IMG/VR virus record: IMGVR_UViG_3300044731_001504 | Span: 1 to 60,676 of that record | DNA length: 60,676 nucleotides | Origin: a virus | Lineage: Duplodnaviria > Caudoviricetes | Direction: 5' to 3' (one strand) | Part shown: positions 48,723 through 57,396 of the stretch, piece by piece | Numbering within the stretch: position 1 is the first letter of the stretch | Layout: each line of letters begins with the position of its first letter | The notes under the pieces: generated by a model | Database searches by the model: none | What the model was told of the DNA's origin: nothing | What the model saw: the letters and a program-made list of their open reading frames with translations, nothing else | Made by a program: the position numbers and the translations under genes

Positions 48723-49490
48723 TTATCTCAAACTAAATTTAACGGGAATTGTCATTTTTAACGAAACAGGATTACCATTCATTTTTGCCGGAACAAATTT
48801 ACCTAACATTTTAACAGCATTCACCGCACACTCCCCAAATTTTTGACTTTCTTCACAGGGTCTAACTATTTCAATGTTTGAAACATCTCCATCCTTATTA
48901 ACCACAAATGAAACATATAACATACACTCCAATCCAAAATTCTTTTCTTGTTGTGGATATACAATATATTTTGCTAAATCTTCATATAAATCCCCATTAT
49001 ATTTTGGCATTTCTTGAGCATAAGTGAAAATCTGTTCAGTTTGTTTTTTAACCTCAACAACGGCATCATCAAATGGTTCATATACATTTGAGCTGTCATC
49101 AGAGTTATCATATCCGATTTTTTGTCTCCACATTTCATCAACACTTTTTAAATTATCAAAAATTTCATCGTCAGTAACTTCGATATCAGTAAATTTAACA
49201 TTAGAACGAAATGAAGATTTATTTTGAACCTCCTCAACTTTTTTTGGTTCAACAACTTTTTTTGGTTTTTCTTCAATAGGTTTTATGAAATATTCAGTGG
49301 TGGTTATTATCACTTCAGGTTTTATTAGTTCATTTGACCTCATTATCATTGGCAATGCAAAAATTAATGTGATAAAAGAACATGCCACAAATGTTGATAA
49401 CATTAATCGTTTTGGATAGTTCATCCGAAGTTTGTACGCCCCGTAATCCTTTACGCGACCATCAAAAATTAAATCAAGATACTTTTTCAT
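48723..49490 (-). CDS. tonB: energy transducer TonB (Bacteroidota-type)
   Basis: LDLIFDGR.KDYGAY.LR N-terminus, TM helix, EEKPKK linker, C-terminal EMP.Y.G...I.YP...VSFVV.KDG....PAKMNG.PV....IPVKF. Confidence 0.85.
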   Translation of the reverse strand: MKKYLDLIFDGRVKDYGAYKLRMNYPKRLMLSTFVACSFITLIFALPMIMRSNELIKPEVIITTTEYFIKPIEEKPKKVVEPKKVEEVQNKSSFRSNVKFTDIEVTDDEIFDNLKSVDEMWRQKIGYDNSDDSSNVYEPFDDAVVEVKKQTEQIFTYAQEMPKYNGDLYEDLAKYIVYPQQEKNFGLECMLYVSFVVNKDGDVSNIEIVRPCEESQKFGECAVNAVKMLGKFVPAKMNGNPVSLKMTIPVKFSLR

Positions 49491-49536
49491 AACCTTTTTT
49501 TCCTCTGTACATCTAAGAAGAAAAAAGGTTCATATT

Positions 49537-49887
49537 TTACCAATCAATTCCAGGACCAAATTTCCTTTCATCTTTTATTTCATTTTCAATAAGTTCAATA
49601 TTTGGTCCAAATACTGGACTTATTCTGGCTTCAATTTCAGATATTAAATCATCAAAATAGTAGTATGGGTAACTAATGTATATATCAATATAAACTTTTA
49701 ATTTTTTAGATATCTCAATACCTGAGACTTTAATTTTATCTACGGAATCCACCTGTTTAATTTCACCCATCATATCCATACTCCAATCTTCACTTTCTTC
49801 CTTAATATTTTTAAGTGCAATATCAATTGCTCGTTGAATTGGGGTATGTAATTTTGTTAATTGAGATTCGGTTATAAGATATTTCAT
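49537..49887 (-). CDS. leader-bearing hypothetical protein
   Basis: likely start MKYLITESQL at 49887. Confidence 0.7.
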   Translation of the reverse strand: MKYLITESQLTKLHTPIQRAIDIALKNIKEESEDWSMDMMGEIKQVDSVDKIKVSGIEISKKLKVYIDIYISYPYYYFDDLISEIEARISPVFGPNIELIENEIKDERKFGPGIDW

Positions 49888-49891
49888 AGAA

Positions 49892-51043
49892 TTAAGCTGT
49901 TGGATAATTTGGTGAACTTGTGGCAGAATTGATTTTTTTAGAGTTCTGAACATACTCATTTTTCCAATCGTTGTACATTGCGTCTAAATTAACCGTATAA
50001 TCTACTTTTTCTTCCTCATATTTACTACCATCAAAAACATCATCAACCATCGTGTAATTTGAAAATAGATAAACTAAATCATCATTAATTTTTCCATTTG
50101 ATAGGACATACATCACCCTATCTTTTAATGATTCACAATTTTCATCCAATTTTATAACATTAGATTCTATACTATATGGGCACCCCTCAAAAGAAATGGT
50201 TTTGTCTTCCATCGCTTTTTTAATTGAGGTAACAAAAGTATTTAAATCGGACGATATGGTTAAACCGTATTTGCTTAATATGTTAAATAATGTTTTAAAC
50301 CTAACAAACTGCTCATCAGTATCTCTTTGGTATTCTCCCCACATCAGATAGTTGTCGTTTGCCATTGATTGGTGTGGGAATGGGACTATACCACTATCAA
50401 TACGAACACCTTTATGTAAAATAATTCCGTTATTTGCAAACCAATTGTCAATTAAATGACCCAACTCGTGTTGGATTGTGTTTTTCCAATCTTCTGAATC
50501 TCCAATTTTATAATTGTCAACAAATAAAACTGAACTTAATCCACATATGAATATTTTTGGGCCATATGCACTGTCAGTTAACATTAATGTATCTGGCGAT
50601 TTTTCATTATAAGTGAAATCTAACTCAAAATTAACTTTATTAAATAAATCACTTTTCATTGATTCAATAACTTTAATTATATTTTCCTTACTTGTTTTTT
50701 TTCCATTTTTTTCTGATATCATAATAATTTTATCCAAAATTTCAGGATTTTTATTATAATCAAAATAATCAATATAGAATTGTTTCGCATCAGGTAAAAG
50801 TGATTGAGCATATTCAATTGGTTTTAAATCCCGAATTCTTTTTTCAACATACTCTTGTAAATCAAACTTGCATTTTCCTCTTTTATATACGTCAGTATAA
50901 GGGATTTTGTCAGACCAATTTTGTTCAATCCACTCTTGACAGGTTTGGGAAGGTTTTCCTTCTTCAACTTCTTTTAATATATGTGAATATAGACCTCTAA
51001 TATAATTTTTTTCAGACTCTGTTATAATAAATTTTTGTCCCAT
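49892..51043 (-). CDS. leader-bearing HExxH metalloprotease-like protein
   Basis: MGQKFIITESEK...ILKE leader; IQHELGHLID. Confidence 0.65.
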   Translation of the reverse strand: MGQKFIITESEKNYIRGLYSHILKEVEEGKPSQTCQEWIEQNWSDKIPYTDVYKRGKCKFDLQEYVEKRIRDLKPIEYAQSLLPDAKQFYIDYFDYNKNPEILDKIIMISEKNGKKTSKENIIKVIESMKSDLFNKVNFELDFTYNEKSPDTLMLTDSAYGPKIFICGLSSVLFVDNYKIGDSEDWKNTIQHELGHLIDNWFANNGIILHKGVRIDSGIVPFPHQSMANDNYLMWGEYQRDTDEQFVRFKTLFNILSKYGLTISSDLNTFVTSIKKAMEDKTISFEGCPYSIESNVIKLDENCESLKDRVMYVLSNGKINDDLVYLFSNYTMVDDVFDGSKYEEEKVDYTVNLDAMYNDWKNEYVQNSKKINSATSSPNYPTA

Positions 51044-51055
51044 ACTTTATAAATA

Positions 51056-51373
51056 TTAGTCACAACCATCAGTTCTATCTTCAAAAACAAATTCTATTCT
51101 ATCACTAAATGTTTCAGAACAATAATTGTGGATTACTTTATATATCGGAGAGGTGTTATCAAAATCAAAATAATCAAATAACTCATCTTGATGATATGAA
51201 GACCATATGCGAAAAGTTGTCCCCTCCAAAATCATTTCGTTCCATTCTTCAGGATTCTCCAAATAATTGCAAGGGTCACTATCATCCATTTCATCCTCCA
51301 ATAAATCCGCCATATGTTCAATCATAAGAGGGTCATTCAATCTTCGTCTAAATCTAATAACATTAACATCCAT
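51056..51373 (-). CDS. acidic hypothetical protein
   Basis: 105-aa ORF. Confidence 0.65.
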   Translation of the reverse strand: MDVNVIRFRRRLNDPLMIEHMADLLEDEMDDSDPCNYLENPEEWNEMILEGTTFRIWSSYHQDELFDYFDFDNTSPIYKVIHNYCSETFSDRIEFVFEDRTDGCD

Positions 51374-51380
51374 AGTACTA

Positions 51381-52319
51381 TTATAATAAAACTAACATAA
51401 CGTAAAATCTTCCATCGCTCAAAGGACCTACCAAAATTTTGGATTTATTTCCGTTTAACTTATCATTGTCTGGTTTTATATTGTTATCCCATCTATTCAT
51501 TAAATCATGATAATCAGGGTCAACAATAATTGAAAGATTTTGTGGGACTGATGTTTCACCAGGTTCTAATGTTAATGTAAGACTTTTTAAATTAAAATTT
51601 ATTTTATCGGTATTAATTGAAATTCCTTTTGTTTGATTTTTTACATTTTCTCTTAATTGCTCATAATTATTACCAGTAATTATTATTTTGTCCTCATCAT
51701 TAACTGTATTATTAATTTTGGGATTAACATCAATTTTATCGTTAGCATTATCAAAATCATAATTATATCTGTCTGATTTGTATCTATAAAAAATTTGTTT
51801 AAACTCTTTTTTAGGGTTTCCTCCACCATCGTAATAGTAAGAATTTATCTCCTCAATCTCTGTAATGTTAAATGACGGGTTTTTACTAGCAGCACTTTGT
51901 ATAATACTATCGGAACCATTATTTATAGAAGGGTCATTATTACCTGCCCTATATTTAACATTATCACCACATCCCGCACCTCTACTTGATAATCCATCCC
52001 AATTCTCATCACTTTCCTCTAAAGTTACACTCCATTTTACCGTCCACCCTTGAACTGAAACATCCACTTTTGTAGGTTTTATTTTTATACCCTGTTCATT
52101 TAATTCTTTTATTCTATTTTGAACTATTTCATTCATATTACCTTTTTTACTGAACGCATGTAAAGAATCACAATTATTATCAGTTATTGTATATGATGAA
52201 AAAACTATCATATCATTTGTATTTTCAGATTGTTCAACAATTAATGGTTTAACATCTCCCATTGTTGATTCCATCAATTTGTAAAATCTTTTTTTATAAT
52301 TTTCAATATTTTTAGACAT
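51381..52319 (-). CDS. hypothetical protein
   Basis: leader MSKNIENYKKRFYKLMESTMGDVKPLIVEQ; TATTTAT upstream. Confidence 0.7.
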   Translation of the reverse strand: MSKNIENYKKRFYKLMESTMGDVKPLIVEQSENTNDMIVFSSYTITDNNCDSLHAFSKKGNMNEIVQNRIKELNEQGIKIKPTKVDVSVQGWTVKWSVTLEESDENWDGLSSRGAGCGDNVKYRAGNNDPSINNGSDSIIQSAASKNPSFNITEIEEINSYYYDGGGNPKKEFKQIFYRYKSDRYNYDFDNANDKIDVNPKINNTVNDEDKIIITGNNYEQLRENVKNQTKGISINTDKINFNLKSLTLTLEPGETSVPQNLSIIVDPDYHDLMNRWDNNIKPDNDKLNGNKSKILVGPLSDGRFYVMLVLL

Positions 52320-52396
52320 AATAATATTTTTTTATATAAATACTTCTGTAAAATAAAAAACCCCCTCAATTGATAGATAGGTTTGTTTTTCACTAA

Positions 52397-53080
52397 CTAA
52401 TCAAAATTTTTTAACACTTCAATAACTTTATTAGTCAATTCATCATAATCCGCAAATATTACGGAATCAATAACATCGTGACTAGTTTCACTCACAACAG
52501 TGTGACCGACGGACATAAATGGAAAGCACCTAATTTGTTCAAAACAAAACATTTTATCTGAATAGTGAATATTTAATAAAATTTTTGATTTTCTAATTAT
52601 TTTATCTCTCTCTTCTCCAAATAACCCATTGTGATAACCAATAACTTTAACATTAATTCCTTTAGATGAAATTTGATTTACAATGTTTTCCCTTCTTCTA
52701 CTCATCCATCCAACAACACAAACATCATAATCATATATATTGTCAATATTATATGATATTAATTTTTCCTTGTACTCATCCCAAGCCTCCATTTTTATAT
52801 ATTTTGTCTTGAATATATTATGCCTATTTAATAATTCAATATTATACGTACTAAATGTCCATATTTCATAGATATGGTTTTGGGATAAACTATTATAATA
52901 CAAATAAGAATCACTAGTTTCTTCATCTGTTAATTGTTCGGTCATAAATAAAATATGTTTCTCATTACTCATTGAGTGCTTAACATGTATCGGATATTCG
53001 GCTTTAGGGCACAAGTCAGATTTTAAAAAATTATTTAACTCAATGAAATGAGGGTACTCCTGACTATAAACAATATTCAT
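52397..53080 (-). CDS. glycosyltransferase (GT-B C-terminal-like)
   Basis: YDVCVVG.MS.RR, FGEERD..I.KSKILLNIH, EQIR, VVSE; resembles the N-terminal module of 18975-21848. Confidence 0.75.
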   Translation of the reverse strand: MNIVYSQEYPHFIELNNFLKSDLCPKAEYPIHVKHSMSNEKHILFMTEQLTDEETSDSYLYYNSLSQNHIYEIWTFSTYNIELLNRHNIFKTKYIKMEAWDEYKEKLISYNIDNIYDYDVCVVGWMSRRRENIVNQISSKGINVKVIGYHNGLFGEERDKIIRKSKILLNIHYSDKMFCFEQIRCFPFMSVGHTVVSETSHDVIDSVIFADYDELTNKVIEVLKNFD

Positions 53081-53101
53081 ATAATGATAAATACCCTTGT
53101 G

Positions 53102-53132
53102 AAATAAAAAACCCCTCATTGAGGGGATTTTC
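53102..53132 (-). terminator. intrinsic terminator
   Basis: AAAAACCCCTCA-t-TGAGGGGATTTT. Confidence 0.7.
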
Positions 53133-53153
53133 AAAATATTTTTAAATTAATTA

Positions 53154-53456
53154 TTAATATTTAATACTCAAATGTCCAGGTATCATAGAATGATTACCTA
53201 TTTTTCGGTTCCCAACTATCTTATCTAGTTTTAGATATTCATTAATACTTAATGATTGAACTCTTTTTGGAAATACAATGTATTTTTCACTTTCATCTTT
53301 TTTAACTTCATATCTAAGTTCGTTATTAATCGCCTTAACCATTTGGTCAATACTTGAATTAACTTCAGATGACTTATCATCTTTTTTAGATTCATTTACA
53401 ATTTTTCCAATTAATCTAGTTAATTCGGATTCTGTTAATTTAACAACTTTTTTCAT
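53154..53456 (-). CDS. leader-bearing hypothetical protein
   Basis: MKKVVKLTESELTRLIGKIVNES. Confidence 0.75.
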   Translation of the reverse strand: MKKVVKLTESELTRLIGKIVNESKKDDKSSEVNSSIDQMVKAINNELRYEVKKDESEKYIVFPKRVQSLSINEYLKLDKIVGNRKIGNHSMIPGHLSIKY

Positions 53457-53496
53457 AATGGTGTTTTATAATAAATATATCACCAAACAAAAAATT

Positions 53497-53997
53497 CTAT
53501 ACCTCATCTTCAGAATGTTTCATAATACTTACAGGTTCCACAAATGTCCCCTTCAAATCAGACATTTCTTTTTTATACTGCTCAATGGTTTCAGCAGAAT
53601 AGATTGGAGCGAATAATGGACGATGACTAAACGGAACATTATCTCGGTTTTCCCAATCCACCAATTCTTTTTCCCATCCAGGAATGTGGGTTTCTATAAA
53701 CCTATAATTTTTCCATTTCTCCAAATCTTCTTTTGTTGGGACAAATTTAACATCTCCATAGTTTTCAATATCCAAATCAGGATTGTTTGTGTAAACATCA
53801 ACAACACCTTCGTCACCGAAATAACGATAACATAACTCCTGAACCGTATGCGGGTTTATATGTTTTTCTTTCCAGTTCCTTCCATAAGAACGAACATCAC
53901 AGATATAGAAATACCCATCCTCAAAAGAATTAATTTTGGAGTCAACTTCATTCTTTAATTTAATGAGCTCATCAAAAGTGTAGTTATCTAAATTCAT
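53497..53997 (-). CDS. hypothetical protein
   Basis: likely start MNLDNY directly after a TATATTTG element. Confidence 0.7.
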   Translation of the reverse strand: MNLDNYTFDELIKLKNEVDSKINSFEDGYFYICDVRSYGRNWKEKHINPHTVQELCYRYFGDEGVVDVYTNNPDLDIENYGDVKFVPTKEDLEKWKNYRFIETHIPGWEKELVDWENRDNVPFSHRPLFAPIYSAETIEQYKKEMSDLKGTFVEPVSIMKHSEDEV

Positions 53998-54069
53998 AGA
54001 GCAAATATAAAACAAAAAACCCCATCAAACAAATGAATGGGGTTTAAATTATTTTCTATACAATACTTG

Positions 54070-54441
54070 TTAAACCGGTAAAGGACAATATTTTGACCTT
54101 ATTTCATTCTCAACATTCGGCTCAAGTGTTGAATATCCAGAATAACCGCATTTACACGGGTCTTGGTCTGCACGTTTTACATATGCATAACCTGTCTCAC
54201 AATCAAAATACAAAACTTTCCCTTTCCATTCTTCACTATCTATAATTTCAAATTTAACAAGTTCTGTTCCTTCGTAATCAACTTTTTCCAAATATTCTAT
54301 AGTTAATACTCCCCAATCTTTTCTTTCTTGTTTGTACGGATTATAAAGTTTTGTTTTATAAATTCCTTCAGATTGTTCTTTTATAACTCTTTTAACAAGT
54401 TTAATCAAATCTGATTCTGTTAATCTTACAACTTTTTTCAT
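54070..54441 (-). CDS. leader-bearing paralogue A1 (FDCETG/CxC/SKYCPL family)
   Basis: near-identical to 54454-54825 outside three variable loops. Confidence 0.8.
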   Translation of the reverse strand: MKKVVRLTESDLIKLVKRVIKEQSEGIYKTKLYNPYKQERKDWGVLTIEYLEKVDYEGTELVKFEIIDSEEWKGKVLYFDCETGYAYVKRADQDPCKCGYSGYSTLEPNVENEIRSKYCPLPV

Positions 54442-54453
54442 AATTAATTTATT

Positions 54454-54825
54454 TTAACTTTGCAAAGGACAATATTTTGACCTTATTTCATTTTCAACAT
54501 TCGGCTCAAGTGTTGTGTACCCACCAATACCCAGACCACATCTGCATACTTCCTCGTCTGGTCTTTTTATATATGCATACCCTGTTTCACAATCAAAATA
54601 CAAAACCGCAGACGCCCAATTGGGATTTTTAATTTCAAATTTAACAAGTTCTGTTCCTTCGTAATCAACTTTTTCCAAATATTCTATAGTTAATACCCCC
54701 CAATTTGTTTCCTTTCTGTCTCGACTATAAATTTTTGTTTTATAAATCCCTTCAGATTGTTCTTTTATAACTCTTTTAACAAGTCTAATCAAATCTGATT
54801 CTGTTAATCTTACGACTTTTTTCAT
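54454..54825 (-). CDS. leader-bearing paralogue A2
   Basis: tandem duplicate of A1. Confidence 0.8.
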   Translation of the reverse strand: MKKVVRLTESDLIRLVKRVIKEQSEGIYKTKIYSRDRKETNWGVLTIEYLEKVDYEGTELVKFEIKNPNWASAVLYFDCETGYAYIKRPDEEVCRCGLGIGGYTTLEPNVENEIRSKYCPLQS

Positions 54826-54849
54826 ATTAATATTTTACAATAGTTAAGA

Positions 54850-55260
54850 TTACATTTCATCATCCCCATTAATATTGGGAGAATTAAAAAATTCATCAAT
54901 TAATGCAATTTCTTCTTTAGCTAGTCTATAAATTGTTTTCAGATTAGGACATCCATAGGTTTTAGATAATTTAAACATCTTCATAATGTTTTCTTTAGCG
55001 GCGTTATTCATTATATCTCCAATCTGAGAAATTTCCTCAGGTTTCACATTAAATTCTATTAAATCTTTTCTTACCTGAAGTATTTCGTATTCCATTTCGT
55101 TACAAAATCTTCTCGTACCTTCACCATGACGTGTAAAGATATGACCCGTTTTACTTGACGGAAAAGAATCATCAGGATAAGGTATTTCACCACCCTCTTT
55201 AATAACCTTTTTAATTAAACCTATCAAATCAGATTCGGTTAATCTTACAACTTTTTTCAT
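54850..55260 (-). CDS. leader-bearing protein with unrelated body
   Basis: MKKVVRLTESDLIGLIKKVIKE followed by a body with no visible similarity to A1-A3. Confidence 0.75.
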   Translation of the reverse strand: MKKVVRLTESDLIGLIKKVIKEGGEIPYPDDSFPSSKTGHIFTRHGEGTRRFCNEMEYEILQVRKDLIEFNVKPEEISQIGDIMNNAAKENIMKMFKLSKTYGCPNLKTIYRLAKEEIALIDEFFNSPNINGDDEM

Positions 55261-55294
55261 AATAATATTTTACAATAAATATATCAGATTTATT

Positions 55295-55660
55295 CTAAAT
55301 TGGTAACGGACAATATTTTGACCTTATTGCGTCTTCAACATCTTGTTCAAGTCTTGTTTGACCATAAGAGCTACACGTACAATCTATTTCAATTTTAGGT
55401 TTAACATATGAAAAACCTGTTTCACAATCAAAAAGCAAAAATTCATCTTCCCAATTTGTAATTTTAAATTTTACAAGTGTCGTATTTTTGTAATCAACAT
55501 TTTTTAAATATTCTAAAGTCATTTCCTCACCACTAAATTTTATTTTGGACCTGTCAGAATTATAAATTTTTGTTTTATATGTTGTATCAGATTGTTCTTT
55601 TATAACTCTTTTAACAAGTTTAATCAAATCTGATTCTGTTAATCTTACAACTTTTTTCAT
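55295..55660 (-). CDS. leader-bearing paralogue A3
   Basis: same leader, FDCETG, CTC, IRSKYCPL. Confidence 0.8.
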   Translation of the reverse strand: MKKVVRLTESDLIKLVKRVIKEQSDTTYKTKIYNSDRSKIKFSGEEMTLEYLKNVDYKNTTLVKFKITNWEDEFLLFDCETGFSYVKPKIEIDCTCSSYGQTRLEQDVEDAIRSKYCPLPI

Positions 55661-55687
55661 ATTAATATTTTACAATAAATATATCTG

Positions 55688-55738
55688 AAAATAAAAAGGG
55701 GGTAGGGGGGATTGGAACAACGGGGAAAAAAATTTTTA
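55688..55738. repeat. G-rich intergenic direct repeat, copy 1
   Basis: aaataaaaaGGGGGtaGGGGGGattGGaacaacGGGGaaaaaaattttta. Confidence 0.85.
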
Positions 55739-56017
55739 TTCCCTATCAGAATATTCAAGATACACCCCGATTTCATTTTTAATCCCAAGTTTTTTCAGGG
55801 TATCAAAAATTAGAGATTTAATATCTTGCCAAACTTCAATGTAGTTCATAATAAATGGTTCAAAGTCAATGAATAAAAAAACATTGTACCTAAAATTTTT
55901 TTCATCATCTCTATAATAGCTACGCATATCACGTTCAGTTGTCACCTCAACATTATTAAAACCAGGATATTTCTTATCCAAGATATGCGTAACAACAGTT
56001 TTAATATAATTCTCCAT
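55736..56017 (-). CDS. hypothetical protein
   Basis: 93-aa ORF. Confidence 0.65.
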   Translation of the reverse strand: MENYIKTVVTHILDKKYPGFNNVEVTTERDMRSYYRDDEKNFRYNVFLFIDFEPFIMNYIEVWQDIKSLIFDTLKKLGIKNEIGVYLEYSDRE

Positions 56018-56020
56018 ATC

Positions 56021-56434
56021 TTAACATTTTCCAGTATTATATACCTTAACATTGTGACCTCTAAACAATCCACCACCATATTTAAATAACATCTTAGAAA
56101 TAATCTCGTTATAGATATTCACGGTTCCTTCGTCAAACATATATCTCAATCTATTTTCGGGTGATGGTTCGGGAATAAACATAACCAAATCAAACGAATA
56201 CTGGGTGGGAATAATCTGATAATCACAATATCTTAATCCAGTCTTGGGAAAATCCTTTTCCATAAGAATCTTTGCCAAATATATCATATCTTTTTTAGAA
56301 CCAGTTATACCTGTTATGGAAATAATCTTCTCAGGAGTTATACCTAGTATATTGGATAATTTTTCCATTCCATATTTTTCCAATAATTGTCTAATGGTTT
56401 CACTAGCTTGGGATTCGGTTATAAGATATTTCAT
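56021..56434 (-). CDS. leader-bearing hypothetical protein
   Basis: MKYLITESQ. Confidence 0.7.
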   Translation of the reverse strand: MKYLITESQASETIRQLLEKYGMEKLSNILGITPEKIISITGITGSKKDMIYLAKILMEKDFPKTGLRYCDYQIIPTQYSFDLVMFIPEPSPENRLRYMFDEGTVNIYNEIISKMLFKYGGGLFRGHNVKVYNTGKC

Positions 56435-56450
56435 ATATCAATAAAAAGGA

Positions 56451-57326
56451 TTATTTCTTACAGAATCTATTTATATTCCACTCACCGCTTTTTGATTTGT
56501 TATAGTCCGCCAAAAACTTTCCATCTTTTGTGGAATGAATTCTATCAAAAGTACCAGCTCCTTTTTTACCAACAAATGTCACACCACAATATTGCTCAAC
56601 AGCTCTTTCCGTATTCTTATCGTAGAATGGTTCAGGAATAATTGTTTTTTCGGGTTCAATTGCCGTTGTGGTTATTACAGGCGGAGTTGTGGTTGTTGTG
56701 GTAATAATTGGCTCAACAACGGGAGAGGTTGTTTTGGTTGTTACAACAACAGGTTCCTCATAAACAGGTTTGATTGGAGGTTTAACAACTGGTAACCAAA
56801 GGTTTGCGAAGCGTTTATCCCATCCCCCATAGTCATGTCTCCATGAAGTGATAATATCTTTTAATTTAAAATCACTAAATATTTTATAATAAACGTCAGC
56901 ATCATTTTTAGTAATAGTAAGCGTACTATATCGGATAAAATTACTTGATTTGTATAAATCTGAAACATGAGGTTCTCCAATTGATGTAGAATAAATGAAA
57001 TCCATCATATATGCCGGCCAATTAAGCCAGTTACTCAAACTTGTATTCCCCACTAATTTTTTTTGATAATCATATTCATTACCTTCTGTTGAATACTCCA
57101 CGTCAAACCTAATGTTTCCATTTTTAATACTCTTGCCTTTCATACTGAATGAGCCATCAGACGTATTTTCGTTTTTTTTGTTTCTGGTGAAATAATCATA
57201 AAACATTTTTTGAACATTATAAATGTCCATTGCGGCTTTATATTTCTTTTTATCTGTATAAACCTTTTGTTCAGATAAAACTTGCTTAAGAGAGCGATAT
57301 TGTGATTCTGTAATTAGATATTTCAT
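56451..57326 (-). CDS. leader-bearing protein with Thr/Pro-rich linker
   Basis: MKYLITESQY...VLSEQ; VVTTKTTSPVVEPIITTTTTTPPVITTT. Confidence 0.7.
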   Translation of the reverse strand: MKYLITESQYRSLKQVLSEQKVYTDKKKYKAAMDIYNVQKMFYDYFTRNKKNENTSDGSFSMKGKSIKNGNIRFDVEYSTEGNEYDYQKKLVGNTSLSNWLNWPAYMMDFIYSTSIGEPHVSDLYKSSNFIRYSTLTITKNDADVYYKIFSDFKLKDIITSWRHDYGGWDKRFANLWLPVVKPPIKPVYEEPVVVTTKTTSPVVEPIITTTTTTPPVITTTAIEPEKTIIPEPFYDKNTERAVEQYCGVTFVGKKGAGTFDRIHSTKDGKFLADYNKSKSGEWNINRFCKK

Positions 57327-57346
57327 ATATTAATAAATATATTCAG

Positions 57347-57396
57347 AAATAAAAAGGGGGGTAGGGGGGATTGGAACAACGGGAAAAAAATTTTTA
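57347..57396. repeat. G-rich intergenic direct repeat, copy 2
   Basis: aaataaaaaGGGGGGtaGGGGGGattGGaacaacGGGaaaaaaattttta. Confidence 0.85.

Noticed and set aside
11528-49490. Bacterial chromosome or prophage interpretation based on clpC, ppk2, rmlB, tonB and DHFR
   Set aside because: These genes are isolated among phage-type hypotheticals that share the same motifs as the head genes; no bacterial operons, integrase or att site were seen.
54070-55660. Paralogues as a possible DGR template/variable repeat pair
   Set aside because: Differences include indels and are not adenine-specific, all copies are intact genes, and there is no reverse transcriptase in the window.
45075-57396. Short repeats as a possible CRISPR or mini-array
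   Set aside because: There is no regular repeat-spacer periodicity and no cas gene; the G-rich copies are about 1.6 kb apart.
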